Source of the DNA: Macrostomum lignano
Taxonomy: Eukaryota
DNA: 64,000 nt
Reading direction: 5' to 3'
NCBI GenBank assembly: GCA_002269645.1
Contig: NIVC01003589.1
Coordinates: forward strand, 25,357-89,356
In this document: one piece after another, positions 24,505 through 36,322 of the stretch
Numbering within the stretch: position 1 is the first letter of the stretch
Layout of the letters: each line of letters opens with the position of its first letter
Translations under genes and position numbers: made by a program
Notes under the pieces: model-generated
The model's input: the letters and a program-made list of their open reading frames with translations, nothing else
Told to the model about the DNA's origin: nothing
Databases searched by the model: none

Positions 24505-25983
24505 ACTGTATTAAATGCAATTGTCTGGCTAGAGGCCCGGGCCATCAAGGAGACTTGGACAGCAAATCGTCCTCGTCCCAGGCCGTTGGGGCTTGACTGG
24601 GAGATGGGAGTTGGTCGACGTCCATTGCCTCCTCACCCCCACCAGCCCCCCCCCCTCAGCAGAGTCCTCAGGCTCCGATTGACAGGATGGAGGAAGCTTC
24701 CTCATCTGCATCTTTGCCTTCAGACCCCACCAGGGTGGCCGAGGAGAGCTCGGATTCCGAAGACCCGGCCTCGTCCTCAACTCCTTCTCCGGCTGGCAGG
24801 TTCGGTTCTCGGGGCTTGGCCGGAGCCGTTACCGCGGTGGCCGAACTGCTGCTAGCAGAGGGGCGAGATGCAGCTTTGGCTTTGGGATCGGCTTGCGCCT
24901 TTCCTTGGGCCTTAGACTGCGCCCGCTCTTGCCGGAGATGCCGGGGTTGGCAGAAGCCCTCCCTTTGGCAGACTTTCCTCGGCGCATCTTGAGCTTGAGG
25001 GCACCCAGCTTGAAAGAGGATCCATCAGGGTACCGACTCGCCCAAGCGTTGGAAAGGCCGAGGACAATTGAGTTGCCCGTCTCCCCCCTGCGGACTTTGC
25101 GGTGATACACCAGTCCACTAGCAGGGAGGTCGGGTTCAGACGCAGTAGGACCCGGCGGATAACGTCAGGTCCAGCTGCGGCGCTTTTAGCAGGGACAAAC
25201 ACCACATAGGGTATTGTCTTTGGACGCTGGCCTTCGCGAAGAAAAAGAGCTCCGCCAAGGTCAGCATCCAAGGAGACCGTCAGAAGCCGCTGGAGCAGCT
25301 GCTGAGCATCCTCCTCACTGCTGGGAGCAATAAAAACGAATGTGCTTCGCAGCACCATCCGCTCGATGCCGATGGAGATTCCCTCCTCGACAGTCAGCTC
25401 AATCAGATAGGAGTCAACAGCACTCCACACTTTTTGAAGCTGACTAGTGGTCCAGTCCTGGTCGCGACCTTGAATGATCACTCCCGGGATTTTGGCCTTG
25501 GCCTTCGCCGCAAAGGTAGCTCCTTGTTGGCAAGGAACCTGGTTGTTGCTGCTGGTTGTTGGTTGTTGGTTGTTGCCAAGAAACCTCCTTGTTGGCAGTG
25601 GCCATTTGTTGCGCCGTGGTTTTGGCCTCAGCAGCCGCAGCAGCATCTCCAGGGAGCGCCGCCGCTGAACTACTGGAGCTTCCACCGGCCGGCCCGTCTG
25701 GTTGCTTTGGGACGCCAGTCGCTTCAGTATTCATGCTGGACGCCGCCGCTTTGGCCCCTGCAGCTCCCTTCTTGGCCTGCCTTTTGGCGCGTTGCTTAGC
25801 GCGTTTGCGCTCAAGCCGAGCCCGCTGAGCTTCGTCGGATCTGCCAGATTTGGCCGGTCCTTTAGGCTCAGAGCTCGCGGTTCCCTTAGATCCACCAGCA
25901 GAGCTGGCAGGTCTTTGGGTACTTTGAGTTTGGTAGCTCTGGTCGGATCTGCCAGCAGAGCCAGCCGGTCCTTCCTTTGCCAC
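24500..25983 (-). pseudogene. Outer LOA ORF1, frameshifted
   Basis: ATFAAKAK and RPKTIPYVVFVPA correspond to YASKVK and RPKTIRHRIWVPA of the inner ORF1. Confidence 0.8.
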
Positions 25984-26626
25984 AGATGAATCAGTCGGTT
26001 GGGATCTGCCAGCATGGCCGGCCGGTCCTTCGGACTGAGGTTGGGGTTTAGAAGGGTCCCCGTCCCTAGAAATAGGGTTTTATCCATAGTCGGCTCGAAG
26101 GCCATGATAAAGGTTGGTGGGCTACCCTCGAAGGGGCGCGGTACCCACCCGGCCGCTCCACCTGACCGGGCAGTAGGCCAAAAAAACCCTCAAGGCTGGC
26201 CCGACACCAGGAGGGGGACCGCTTGCGACCGGACTACTCCCCAGCCTTCCAACCCATCGGTACGGTCGAAAACCTTAGGCATTAGATTTACCCCGTTGAG
26301 CAGTACCACAGCCTGCGGATTGGCGAGCCAGACCCGCATACCCAAGTTCGGCAAAAGCCACTGGATGGGTCACCAGCGCCGGTGCCCAGTCTGTCCAGCA
26401 GCCCTAGGGTCTGCCTTGAACACACGCGGGTACGAGTACCCTAGGTCGACTTGCGAGACAGCGTGGGGGGGGTCTGCGGCTGCCAGAGGCAAATAGAGGG
26501 TGCAGACGTCCCACCAGCCTTGACCTGCTGAAAATAGGGGCAGGCGTGAAGCATCGCAGACCTTAGCGCATGGGCCTAGTCAGTCTCATACTTCAGTGGC
26601 ATGCTGAATACGCCTTCGCGCGCCTC

Positions 26627-28050
26627 GTTTTTGAGTTTGAGTTTCTGGCATGATTGAGCATTCGAAATCAGCATATACAACAAATGGGAGCTTCTCTATT
26701 TTGTGATATTTCTTAAACCGGAGATACTTCTCTTCAGCTGAAGGAAGAGAGCAGTTGGTTGGGTGATCTTCACAGGATAATTCATGCTCTGCTAGTTTTT
26801 CAAAGCGCTCAGGTCCACTGTAATGTTTAGGGCACAAGCGGCAGATGGCAACAGCCTCGTGATGATTATTCAACTGCTTGTGAATGAGTCTTGAAAGATC
26901 TTTAATCCAAACATAGTGAGCCTCCTCTAGTAAATTACCAATCACTAGAAGATCCACTTCAGTCCGCCTTTTCCCCTCGGGATCTAAAACGTCTTTGCTA
27001 CATCTGACCGGTTGAACTATCTTAGTTTTTTTCACTCCACTCAAAGACTGTGATTCTAATTTTGTTATTAAACACTTCTTCTAGCTTTGGGATCTGAGAG
27101 ATCGCCAAGCCTCCTTTGTCAAACCTGATTCTCTTCTTTTCGCATTTATTGAGATGGCAGTGTTGAAATAATTTTGATAAATTGTAGTTCTTTTGGGGTG
27201 TGTGAAGGACACTATCATGAAGAAGTGCAGAAAGAACTGCCCATAGAGCACAGCAATTGTCTTTATTTTTAACATTTATGCAAGCTTTTTTACCGGCTAG
27301 CTTATGCGGGAGCTCTATATAAGAGGAGGCTTTAAGTGGGTCATATTTCATGACCATGACAGTCGCTCTTTGAATCCCTCCTACGACCCATCCGGAACCT
27401 CTGGATGTAAACGCTTCAATTTTCTTATTGACATCTTGAAGGAAAGGATCCAGTGTGTCTGTAGGGGTGAATGGCTTTGCCTTTGTTGTCATGTAATACT
27501 CGAGATGCTCAGTGGGTTTTGCAGGCATATAAAACGCAATCTTGAATGATATCTGTAGTTTAAAAGTCTTGCGTGTTTTGAGTGTGTGATCAACAACTGA
27601 TTGGATGCTGTCTTTATAGTTGTAGATTTTTGCGGTGGTATCCTTAATTGGGATTGTGTACTCTATGTAATGTTCTGTAAACTTCCTCTGTGCAAAATTG
27701 ATCTCTTCAGTGGCAATCTCCGACTCTTTTAATTGGATTAATTGCTCTAATTTCTCTTGTTCCTGCTTATTTTGTGGGTACTTTGCTTTTTCACCAGTGA
27801 GAGTTTCGTATTTGTTAACTAAGTTGCGACTCCTCTCTTTGTGTTTCTTTTGCAGGACTTTTTATAGGCGCATACTGGTTGAATTCTAATTGATTGATGA
27901 TTTCCAACTGTTTTTCATAGCTTCCCAGGTGACCAGGGTCGGTGTTAAACTTTATTACATACTTCTCTCAGTAAATTACTTTTTTTGAAATGAGACGCCT
28001 TTTGAAAAATAATTGTTGACTAAATCTTTTGCTGGATTGGCTTTTGGCAT
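26627..28050 (-). pseudogene. pPolB: pPolB N-terminal region of copy B
   Basis: ORFs 27022-27528 and 26586-27044 nearly identical to copy A 3303-4700. Confidence 0.93.
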
Positions 28051-28191
28051 TTTTTCTCTAAAATATAAAAAAATTTTGAGGGTGACCACCCTGATAGAAA
28101 AGTTGAACTGTTTCTACATTCTATAAGTAGTATTAGGTTTATGAAGCTGGATATAGTGGGGTTTTAAAGCTCATCACATTCACATTCACAT

Positions 28192-28605
28192 TCACATCCG
28201 CATTATTGTAAACCCAGCATTGTGCAGTGTCATAATGGATTTGACAATGTCAGATTTGCTTACAGAATTTTCATGCTCACAATCATCACGATCATCACGA
28301 TCATCAAAATCAGGGCACCCATCTCTTGCCTGAATTGTTATACGTTTGTCTCTTGCAATCTTTTGCAATTCAAGCTGGTGGGCCCTATCATTACCAGCTT
28401 TAACAGCAGTTGCTACACCTCCAGCTACACCACCTGCGGCACTTACAGCGCCTGCAATGATTGGGATAAGAGCTGCTAATGGTAGGATTCCTCCTGACTC
28501 ATCTATAGCATCACATCTGTGATGCTGTGTCTTTGCTCATTACACTGAACTATTTGCTGCACGGGATCGATTTTTACTTTGGCACCTTTAATTGATAAAA
28601 GACCT
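28192..28605 (-). pseudogene. pX-like gene, 5'-truncated; the adjacent integrase is deleted
   Basis: SGGILPLAALIPIIAG coding sequence on the minus strand, joined directly to the PLA2 start region. Confidence 0.8.
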
Positions 28606-28630
28606 TTAATATTTTATTTTAAATAAAATA

Positions 28631-29131
28631 ATGCAGCGCTCTGGTGGTAACTTAGACTCACATGGACTGATAGAAAAGCTTCCTCATCCAAACAAAGGCT
28701 GGACAATTCCCGGCTACAAATATTGCGGGCCTTTGAATCCACTTGAAATACAGTTAGATAAAAACAATAATCCAAATCCTGGGCATGAGCCTGTGAACGA
28801 GCTAGACTCTGTCTGCATGTGGCACGACGTTAAGTATAGGGATATTTCAGAGGAGAAGAATCGCTGGGACAAAGAAATGCTTAGGAGATGATACAATATG
28901 GGAACTTCAAGCGGGTGGAGGGAATCGATCGCTCGGAAGCTAGTTAAAGCTGTTATTTTTGGTAAGATAAAGTTGGGGTTGGGGATTTGCGCCGAGGGCG
29001 GGTGAACGGGGAGAGAGGGCGGGTGCAAGGGGAGAGAGGGCGGAGGCTCGGGAGCAGGGTTTATTTTGTGCGCTTCTAACAAGGAACTGCGAAGACTTTT
29101 GAAAGATGTGGGGGTAGAGAGAGGCGCTTGA
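28631..29131 (+). pseudogene. PLA2X-like gene with premature stop at 28889
   Basis: GYKYCGP, WHDVKY. Confidence 0.88.
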
Positions 29132-29555
29132 GACGGGAAGGGTTTAACTATTATTCTCAGCCTTTGCCAAACGCGACAGCTGCATTTAAAAAGTTTAGAA
29201 GCAGATGGAGGTATGTGGTTGATCGACTGCTATTTGCTGAGGGAACGTAGCCCTCTAGTGGATTTCGCTTTGCTATGAATTTTTTCAACACAATCTTAGG
29301 AATGGAAAAAGTGGGGTTGGGAGTCTTTGCTCGTTTTGCTGGTGTTAGGTGCTTGCAGAGAGAGGGTGGGGGGTGGCTTGATCGATCGATTGCAACAGCT
29401 AGCAACAGAAAGTTCGCGTACATGTAGATATGTACATTTGAAAACGTTTTTAGCTCTATATCTTCACTCGCATTATGCACTGAGAAACAGAAGCAACGGA
29501 TTATAGTTTTTTATGTGTAACTACTTTACGCTTCTGCTGCTCTACCGAAACCGAA

Positions 29556-30152
29556 ATGGCTTCTAGTTCGCCTATGGATGTCGATTGGCGTATAAAGCTG
29601 TCTGGCGAAACAGCGAAACGGAGACTATGCGAGGTCTTATCTGAGACTTTAGCAGAAATCAAGGATCCAGTTAGAGCTGCGGAGAAAAGACAAAAGATCG
29701 CAGAATTTTTCGGGCTTAACGAAGAGTCGCTGCAAATGGAAGTCCTCACTCTAACGCGGCGGCAGATGAAGGAGGCGAGCGATCGCAAGGCGGCGCTTGA
29801 TGCAAAGCGGCGAGATAAGCGCAAAGAAGACTTCAAACAGAAGCTCATCGCCTCACGAATTCCCCAAGCGGATGTTGGGAACCCTGCCGGTGATGAAGGC
29901 GGTGATGTGGTAGAGCGTCTGCAGTGCGCTCTGCTTCGTCTGAAAAGGTCGCAGAAGAGTGGTCTGCATCATGCGCTCCAATGTGGAAAAATCTTGTTGA
30001 AATTTAAAGCCAGTAACAAAAAATACGCTAGAAAGGCACGAAAACAGCATTATGACTATCTTCTTGCTCGAGTTAGCCTCAAGGTTTCATCAGCAAATCT
30101 TTATATGAAGTTTTTTAAGCTGAAAAGTGGAACGCTAATATGTCAATATTAG
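29556..30152 (+). CDS. Variable-slot protein, copy B allele (198 aa, C-terminus possibly truncated)
   Basis: Open frame between PLA2 and TIR; ALQCGKILLKFK...SSANLYMKFFKL. Confidence 0.6.
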   Translation: MASSSPMDVDWRIKLSGETAKRRLCEVLSETLAEIKDPVRAAEKRQKIAEFFGLNEESLQMEVLTLTRRQMKEASDRKAALDAKRRDKRKEDFKQKLIASRIPQADVGNPAGDEGGDVVERLQCALLRLKRSQKSGLHHALQCGKILLKFKASNKKYARKARKQHYDYLLARVSLKVSSANLYMKFFKLKSGTLICQY

Positions 30153-30206
30153 TTGAAATCCTTGAGGATGATCAGTCATGGAAGCAACTTGTTTGAAAAA
30201 TAGACA

Positions 30207-30480
30207 CTCTAGCCTGCTTCGGATTGGTCAGAAAAAGCCAACGCGTTGGCTTTTTTTCCTTTTGCAAGAGCAAACGAAAGATTTTTTATAGAAAGCGCTA
30301 GCCTGCTTCGGTTTGGTCAGAAAAAGCCAACGCGTTGGCATTTTTCCTATTGCAGAACACAAGAGAGAAATAGTTGTAAATGGTATAGTAATAATTTTTT
30401 TGTAAAATAATTTTGTAGTATACGGACGCTCTAGCTTGTTTTCGATTAGCCAGAAAAGGCTAACGCGTTAACATTTTTCC
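30207..30480. repeat. Three dispersed ~55-bp repeats with palindromic core AAAAAGCCAACGCGTTGGCTTTTT
   Basis: Perfect 24-bp palindrome at 30232-30255; variants at 30321-30345 and 30454-30478. Confidence 0.88.
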
Positions 30481-30628
30481 TATTGTGGCACCAGCTGTTT
30501 GTGACATGTTATTTCGGATATGCTATTTACTCAATTTCCTAAATAAAATGTAACGGACGCAATCTTACAATCAGCTTTGCTGATATTTATTCAAACGAGT
30601 TTGTCCATGTGTTGATTTATTCTTGAAA

Positions 30629-30870
30629 TGGTAATTAGCACCTGGATCCAGGCGAATCGCCTGATCTAATTTTTGAATAAGCCAAAAGACTTTATTCCGC
30701 ATTATCCAAAGGAGGACAGATGTTGGTAGAGAAACCAAATCCGGTGAAAAGAGTTGTATTGAGTAATAAGGAGATTCACGAGATTGTGATACAATTTGAG
30801 ACTGAAGATGGGGTGGGTGTTGATTTCAACGGTGAAGAGTTTGTATTGACGTTGATCATTGAGAGAATGT
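30629..30870. pseudogene. Penton fragments: inverted 5' piece (30629-30673) and 3' end (~30708-30870)
   Basis: Match 11761-11808 (reverse complement) and ~12355-12518. Confidence 0.8.
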
Positions 30871-30876
30871 AAGAAA

Positions 30877-31116
30877 TCACAATTGCCTAATGATTTCTGC
30901 AAAGTTATAGTAGCTGTCGTAATCTTTTACGTATGTTACTCCGTATTTAAGAAACCAGTGTCTTTGGAGAGCTAGATTAATATTAGGGACATTGATATCA
31001 ACGCCGGGCCAATATTTTCTCATGTACTCACTGCATTCCTTCTTGCACTGGTACTTACTCTTGTAATTAGGCTCGTGCGCTTTGTAATAAGAACCTGGAG
31101 AGACAACTGGAAACAT
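30877..31116 (-). CDS. TIR 80-aa ORF, copy B
   Basis: MFPVVSPGSYY...YNFAEIIRQL. Confidence 0.75.
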   Translation of the reverse strand: MFPVVSPGSYYKAHEPNYKSKYQCKKECSEYMRKYWPGVDINVPNINLALQRHWFLKYGVTYVKDYDSYYNFAEIIRQL

Positions 31117-31438
31117 TTTTAGAGAAAATTTATTTTTTTCAAAGGGTAAGGACCCTAGGTTTGGGGATTTTAAGTTTTAGGGATCTGGTTTCGCCGCTTC
31201 GCATTGCGAATTGAATGTGGGGAGAAGAATGCAGATTATTTTCTGATTGTTTCGAAGATGCTATGGGTGGATGTCAGTGGATTATGTCAGTGTCAGTGAG
31301 CATAACAAGTGTCCACAGTGAGCATAACAGGTATCAGTGGACACCTGCTCTGATTCTGTCAGGGATAATATGGATGGATTTAAAAGGATTATAGAGGACG
31401 TGAAAAACTGTCCCAGAAGCTCCCTCATGCATTCTACT
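30877..31438. repeat. Left TIR of inverted copy B
   Basis: Homologous to 12523-13463 with fewer subrepeats; ends CATTCTACT. Confidence 0.88.
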
Positions 31439-32489
31439 CAAGCTCGGCTATGTGCTTCATCATCGAGCTTTGCGCCTCTACTTGGAGTTGGGTTTGCGAG
31501 TCACGCGAGTTCGTCGGGCCATTGGATTCACAGAGAAGCCTATTCTACGCAAGTATATTAATCATAATATTGCTCGTCGTGTGGCAGCTAAAACCGAGTT
31601 CGAGAAGGACTTTTTCAAGCTGCTAAACAATGCCCTGTTTGGAAAATTCCTTCAGCGCTTTCGAGATCGCTTGACTTATTGAATGTGCTCTTCGCCAGAA
31701 AAATTGGAGACCTATATTTCGCGAGAGGAATTCTTGGATGTGAAAATTTACACTGAATTTTTGGCCAGTGTCAGTTTGTCTCCTCGGCGTGGTGCTCAAC
31801 AAACCGATAATCATTGGTGCATCAATTCTGGATATTGCCAAAACGATTGTATACAGTTTTTATTACAATCATGTACAGGTGAGCAGTAGGGGAATTTTTT
31901 GGATTTTGGGTTTGCTCTATTCTACTGCTGCTGCTGCTTTGATTTTAGGTGCACCGGTCACTTGCTTGTGCTCGCGTACTTGGCGGTGATACAGACAGTC
32001 TGATGATGGCTCTTATAATGCGGAATCCTGCTTAGACGCCTTACGAGACACTGTTCAAAGATTTGGCTGCACAATGCCTATTGGACACTAGTAACTACCC
32101 TCCAACACACAGTCTGTACTCGCTTGCACACAAAAGGAAAATTGCTCGCATGGAAAGACGAGTTTTGCGGACGTCTTCCGTTGGAGTTGGCTTTTCTTCG
32201 GCCCAAGAACTACTCTTTTCTGCATTGCACTGCTGAGGGGACAGTTGGTCAAGTGTCTCGGTCCAAGGGAGTATGCAAGGCTGTTGCTCGGACTCTGAAG
32301 CATACTGCTTACTTGCAAGTAATAGCCGATCGACGTTTGCACTATGTTACATTGCAAACAATTACGTCGCGCAAGCAGCTCGTGTTCTCGCTGAGTCAGC
32401 GCAAGCAAGCGTTGGGTTACTTTGACACTAAACGTGCCTGGACCAGCGATCTGGCGTCTCTACCGTTTGGTCACTGGCGACTTGACTGA
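31439..32489 (+). pseudogene. pPolB: pPolB C-terminal part, family C
   Basis: FFKLLNNALFGK (B), GDTDSL (C, ~31985), LRPKNYS, SKGV, SLPFGHW. Confidence 0.88.
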
Positions 32490-32840
32490 TGTTTGGTTTT
32501 ATTAATTATTTACTGACTAGTGTGGACTTTGTTTTTTGAACAATAGATGTGATGTTTAGTTGTTAATAACAGAAGTAATCTTGTTGTAAATTTCGCTATT
32601 TTAAAAAATAAGAATCTTATATAGGGTGTAATAAGCAAACTAAAACTAAGAGGATTAGAGCCATAGTTAGTTAGCTACGAGCGTGGAGAAATGAAGAAGC
32701 CCTACAAGTTAAAGCCGTTAGTTTTTGTAGAGATAGAAGAAGACGAGGGTTATATGCCACCCCCACAGACACCCCAGCCAACAAGTAGAAAATTGATTTT
32801 TCCTCATTCTTCGCAACTTTAAGCCACCACAGCAACTACA

Positions 32841-33113
32841 ATGGAATCAACGCAACAGAGAGCTGCTGGTCAGACAACTAATAATGCCAAACAATCGACC
32901 TCGCCGAAACGTCTGCCTGCGCTATTGCAAGTGAAGCGGTTGCGGGAGTGTGCCGTACTTCCTCTGCGCCAGACCAGAGGTTCGGTAGGCTATGATTTGT
33001 CTGCTATCGAGAGCAGACTTCTTCCTGCTCACGACCGAGTAGTGCTACCGCTCGGGATCACTATCCGGGTTCCGGAGGGCCCCTACGGGCGCATTGCTCT
33101 TGACAACTCTTGA
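32841..33113 (+). pseudogene. dut: dUTPase, truncated after motif 2
   Basis: LQVKRL...LPLRQTRGSVGYDL...ITIRVPEGPYGRIA, then a short CTTGACAA tandem repeat. Confidence 0.8.
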
Positions 33114-33220
33114 CAAATCTTGACAACTCTTGACAACAAGAACAAGAAGAATAGGAAACAAAATCGGCTTCCAGTCAAACTGCTTCCAAAAACCGTTGCC
33201 GCCGCCGTCGCAGCCCACCC

Positions 33221-33568
33221 GTGCAGTCTGTTGGAAAGCAACTAGGATTTGGAATAGTAAACTGGTTAATCAACCATTTGCCTGTTGAGGTCCACGTACT
33301 CGGCTACCGTTTCTGTGGTCCCGGAACCCGCCTACGCCAGCGTTCATCGGAGGGACAGCGCGGGGTTAATCGCCTTGATGATCTGTGTCTCATCCACGAC
33401 TTGGCCTATTCGAAGCACAAGGGGGTGAAGGAACGCTTGGAGGCAGACCGGGTTCTAGAAACCGGTGCCCGTGAAATTGCACAAGATCCAAACACCCCTT
33501 TCGGTGAAAAGGTTACTGCCAAGATGGTATCGAAAATTATGTCCTTGAAACAGAAACTGAGTGCCTAA
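33221..33568 (+). CDS. PLA2X-like protein, family C
   Basis: GYRFCGPGTRL, GVNRLDDLCLIHDLAY, RLEADRVL. Confidence 0.88.
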   Translation: MQSVGKQLGFGIVNWLINHLPVEVHVLGYRFCGPGTRLRQRSSEGQRGVNRLDDLCLIHDLAYSKHKGVKERLEADRVLETGAREIAQDPNTPFGEKVTAKMVSKIMSLKQKLSA

Positions 33569-34038
33569 TATGACTGCTGCAACGCCGGAGACATTCAACT
33601 TGCAATTGACAGACGATTCCTTGTGTGACGAGTTTATTTAGTTCGAGAACATGGGACTAATGCGCGTGCACGTGCTGAGTCTTAGTGCTAATCTTTTCAT
33701 AGGCCAATATACGTATTATTAATTTAACCGCTCAATTGCTAGTCTGAATAATGGCGGATAGGTCAGAACAGTATGGCAATGCCAACTATTTACCAAAGGG
33801 TAATCTGAGACGTCAAAATAATGCTAATGCCACTAAGCCTACGGGAGCTAAGACCACACACAGCGCGCGCGCACCCACACCAAAACTTTCAAGAATCAAA
33901 ATTTGAATAACCGCACTAATTGAAAATTAGATAAACAAAATTAAACTAAATGGGAAAGTAACTTAAAATAGTTATAGAAATTAGACCAAAATAAATATAG
34001 TTTTAAATATTAATTGCAAACAAACCTTAAATACGAAA

Positions 34039-34743
34039 TTGAGCATTTTCAATACAGAAGCGACGACGTTACACTTGTTCATTATTGCTGGCGCAGCGAT
34101 GTCTGGCAAAACCGAGTGGACCTTGCGAGTCTTGAAGGAACGCCAGGCGATGTTTGACAAGGCTCCAAAACGTCTAGTTTGGTGTCATGGGACCGATTTG
34201 TCAGCGATGGAGCAGCAACGTATTCGAACGTTTTGGCTAGACGGAGGCAACAGTCCAATTCACTTTGTTAGAGGATTTCCAGACACGCTGGTTAGCCAAC
34301 TTCAGGAGCACGATTTCGTGGTAGTGGACGATTTACAAAGCGAAGTTGCTAAATCTACAGCCTTGACTGGCATGTTCCCAAAATATGCACATCGTATACC
34401 CTTAACGTATGTGTACCTTTGCCAAAATCTATTTAATCGGTCGGATCCAGAGGCGCGAACTCAGAGTCTATCAGCTAGTTATATTTGTCTCATGAGGAGT
34501 GTGCGAGACCGATCTGCCGTTTAACATTTGAGTCAGCAAATGCTCAGTCGGGGCAGTAAATTCTTGGTTCGTACCTACGAGGACGCCACTGATAACAAAC
34601 CGCATAGCTATCTGTTCATTGATTTGCGACAGAAAACACCCGACTTTTTGCATTTTCGAACTGGAATTTTTCCGGGCGACAAGCACATTGTTTACAACAG
34701 GGCTTCGGAAATGGGTGATGCTTTTTTACCTCTTATAAGCTAA
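34039..34743 (+). pseudogene. ATP: Packaging ATPase, family C, with internal stop
   Basis: AGAAMSGKT, VVVDD, YLCQNLF, KPHSYLFIDL. Confidence 0.85.
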
Positions 34744-34788
34744 GGAGTTAACAAGAACCGTGCTCGGATTCGGATTCGGATTTAGAGA

Positions 34789-35780
34789 ATGAGTTTTTAC
34801 GTCTTTTTGTCCTCAAACGACAAATATTACTCGGACAATAGTCCGAACGATTTAATGGTACGACTTAAAGAACCTCTCCACTTGGCTCCAAATGGTATCG
34901 GATCGTACGAGGTAGCTCTGGTTGAATTGCTTTGCCAAGGTGCGGTTGTAGCAACGAGCGGTAATCGAGCTCGGCGATTTGAAGTGCCCTACTTTGCAGA
35001 TATTTTTCAAATTCTTAAAAGCACCTCAAACTACTCTGACGCGTTTGGGAGGACGTTGATTTGGAAGCTTATGTTTCGTGGAAACCAAATGACGAAAAAA
35101 GTAAGATGGTGTGGGTTCTACACAATGCTGGAAAGAAGACTTTGTCGGTAGAACTTCCCAAGCATTTCATGCTGATGAACTATTTTGCAAAGTGGAAAAA
35201 GATTGCGAGAACGAGTGAGCCGGAGAGCACCGACCTGGAATCTCCCGATGGTGACTACAAAGATTTTATCGAGAGCATGGGTGAGGTTACTGAGCTCTTC
35301 CCGGAAGAGTGGTTGAGCTTTGAGTGCGTTCTTGATCCTGGGGAGAGCTTGCATCTGGTCAGTGATAAGAGCCTCTACACCGAGCGCAGTTCTTCTACTA
35401 CATGGAACAGTGTGTATTCATACTGGAAAAAGAATAAGACGTGGCGTTTTCATAAGACCTACTTAGATACAAGTGGCACCAGCGCATCAATCAGTACTAA
35501 GACCGTTTACATGTACTGCTACACTGACATAGTCGAGTACCAAGCTGTGGGGAGTACTTCTGTTCCCTTGCTACGCGTTGTTGAACTTCAGCAGAGGAAA
35601 GATGGTGAGCTCGTGCGTGATAGTAGTGCTCTTCAGACACCACACTACTTGAAAACTAGTCGTCTACTTGTTTCGGAGATTAGCATCCGGCTTTGTGATC
35701 AGCGGGGGCAAGCGTTGAATTTTTGCCCTGGAGCTCATGTAGTTACTGTGTTGCATTTTCGACGGCGCTCGGATTTATAA
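34789..35780 (+). pseudogene. PX: Minor capsid protein (penton), family C, frameshifted
   Basis: FYVFLSSN...LKEPLHL...YEVALVEL start; YCYTDIVEYQAVG...PLLRVV...ISIRLCDQRG end. Confidence 0.85.
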
Positions 35781-35899
35781 GCAAACGTTGACTTCTTTTT
35801 TATTCTAACAATGTTCCGACTTGGACAACTGCGGCTGCGACTCTGTGTGTGTTGAGGCCCTATCCAGAGAATCTCGGAAAAAGCTAAGCGAAGTGCCAC

Positions 35900-36289
35900 T
35901 TCTCTATCCCGCTGTGCGAATATTTTAAAGATTGTTACGCGGCTTGGTAATCAGATTCAGCGAAAAAAGTTTCTACAAACGCTCACGTCGCCCGAAGTGA
36001 GGTGTTTGGTTGAATTGCTGCTAAATATTGTCAATCGCCGTGTACCGATCTCTCCATGCGACAAAAAGCGGCTTAAGAAACACGCCGAGTATATACGCCA
36101 ACTGGTGGATCGAAAAAAGCTTTAAGTAAAAAGAAGAAAATTATTGTCCAGCACGGGGGATTTCTTCCTTTCCTGGCCCCAATTATGGCCACGCTACCAA
36201 CTATAGCGACTGCATTGGGAATTACATCTGGTGGCGCAGGAACCGCCGCTGGTACAGCAAATTTAATTCGAGCAATTCAAACAAAATAG
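35900..36289 (+). pseudogene. Basic protein ending in a pX-like hydrophobic tail, one frameshift near 36121
   Basis: Translated by hand: ...CLVELLLNIVNRRVPIS...KKRLKKH...KIIVQHGG|FLPFLAPIMATLPTIATALG...; not in the ORF track. Confidence 0.65.
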
Positions 36290-36322
36290 TGCCTGATGGA
36301 CAGGCGGGGTGACCTACGACGA

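Larger units (their letters stand above)
14939..26626 (-). mobile_element. Outer LOA-type non-LTR retrotransposon, decayed, apparently full length
   Basis: 3' tail reads TAAGTCAAGTAAGTCAA on the minus strand at 14939. 5'UTR at 26160-26510 is homologous to 16262-16550. Reading frame CRLICNATRS/TPFAGMG continues across the inner insertion. Confidence 0.88.
13464..31438 (-). mobile_element. Polinton family 1, copy B (inverted), interrupted by LOA elements
   Basis: Minus-strand PolB and pX, plus-strand PLA2; terminus ...ATTCTACT at 31438. Confidence 0.85.

Noticed and set aside
14760-26500. Many overlapping 60-250-aa ORFs on alternative frames and strands
   Set aside because: Shadow ORFs of GC-rich LOA coding sequence with no motifs of their own.
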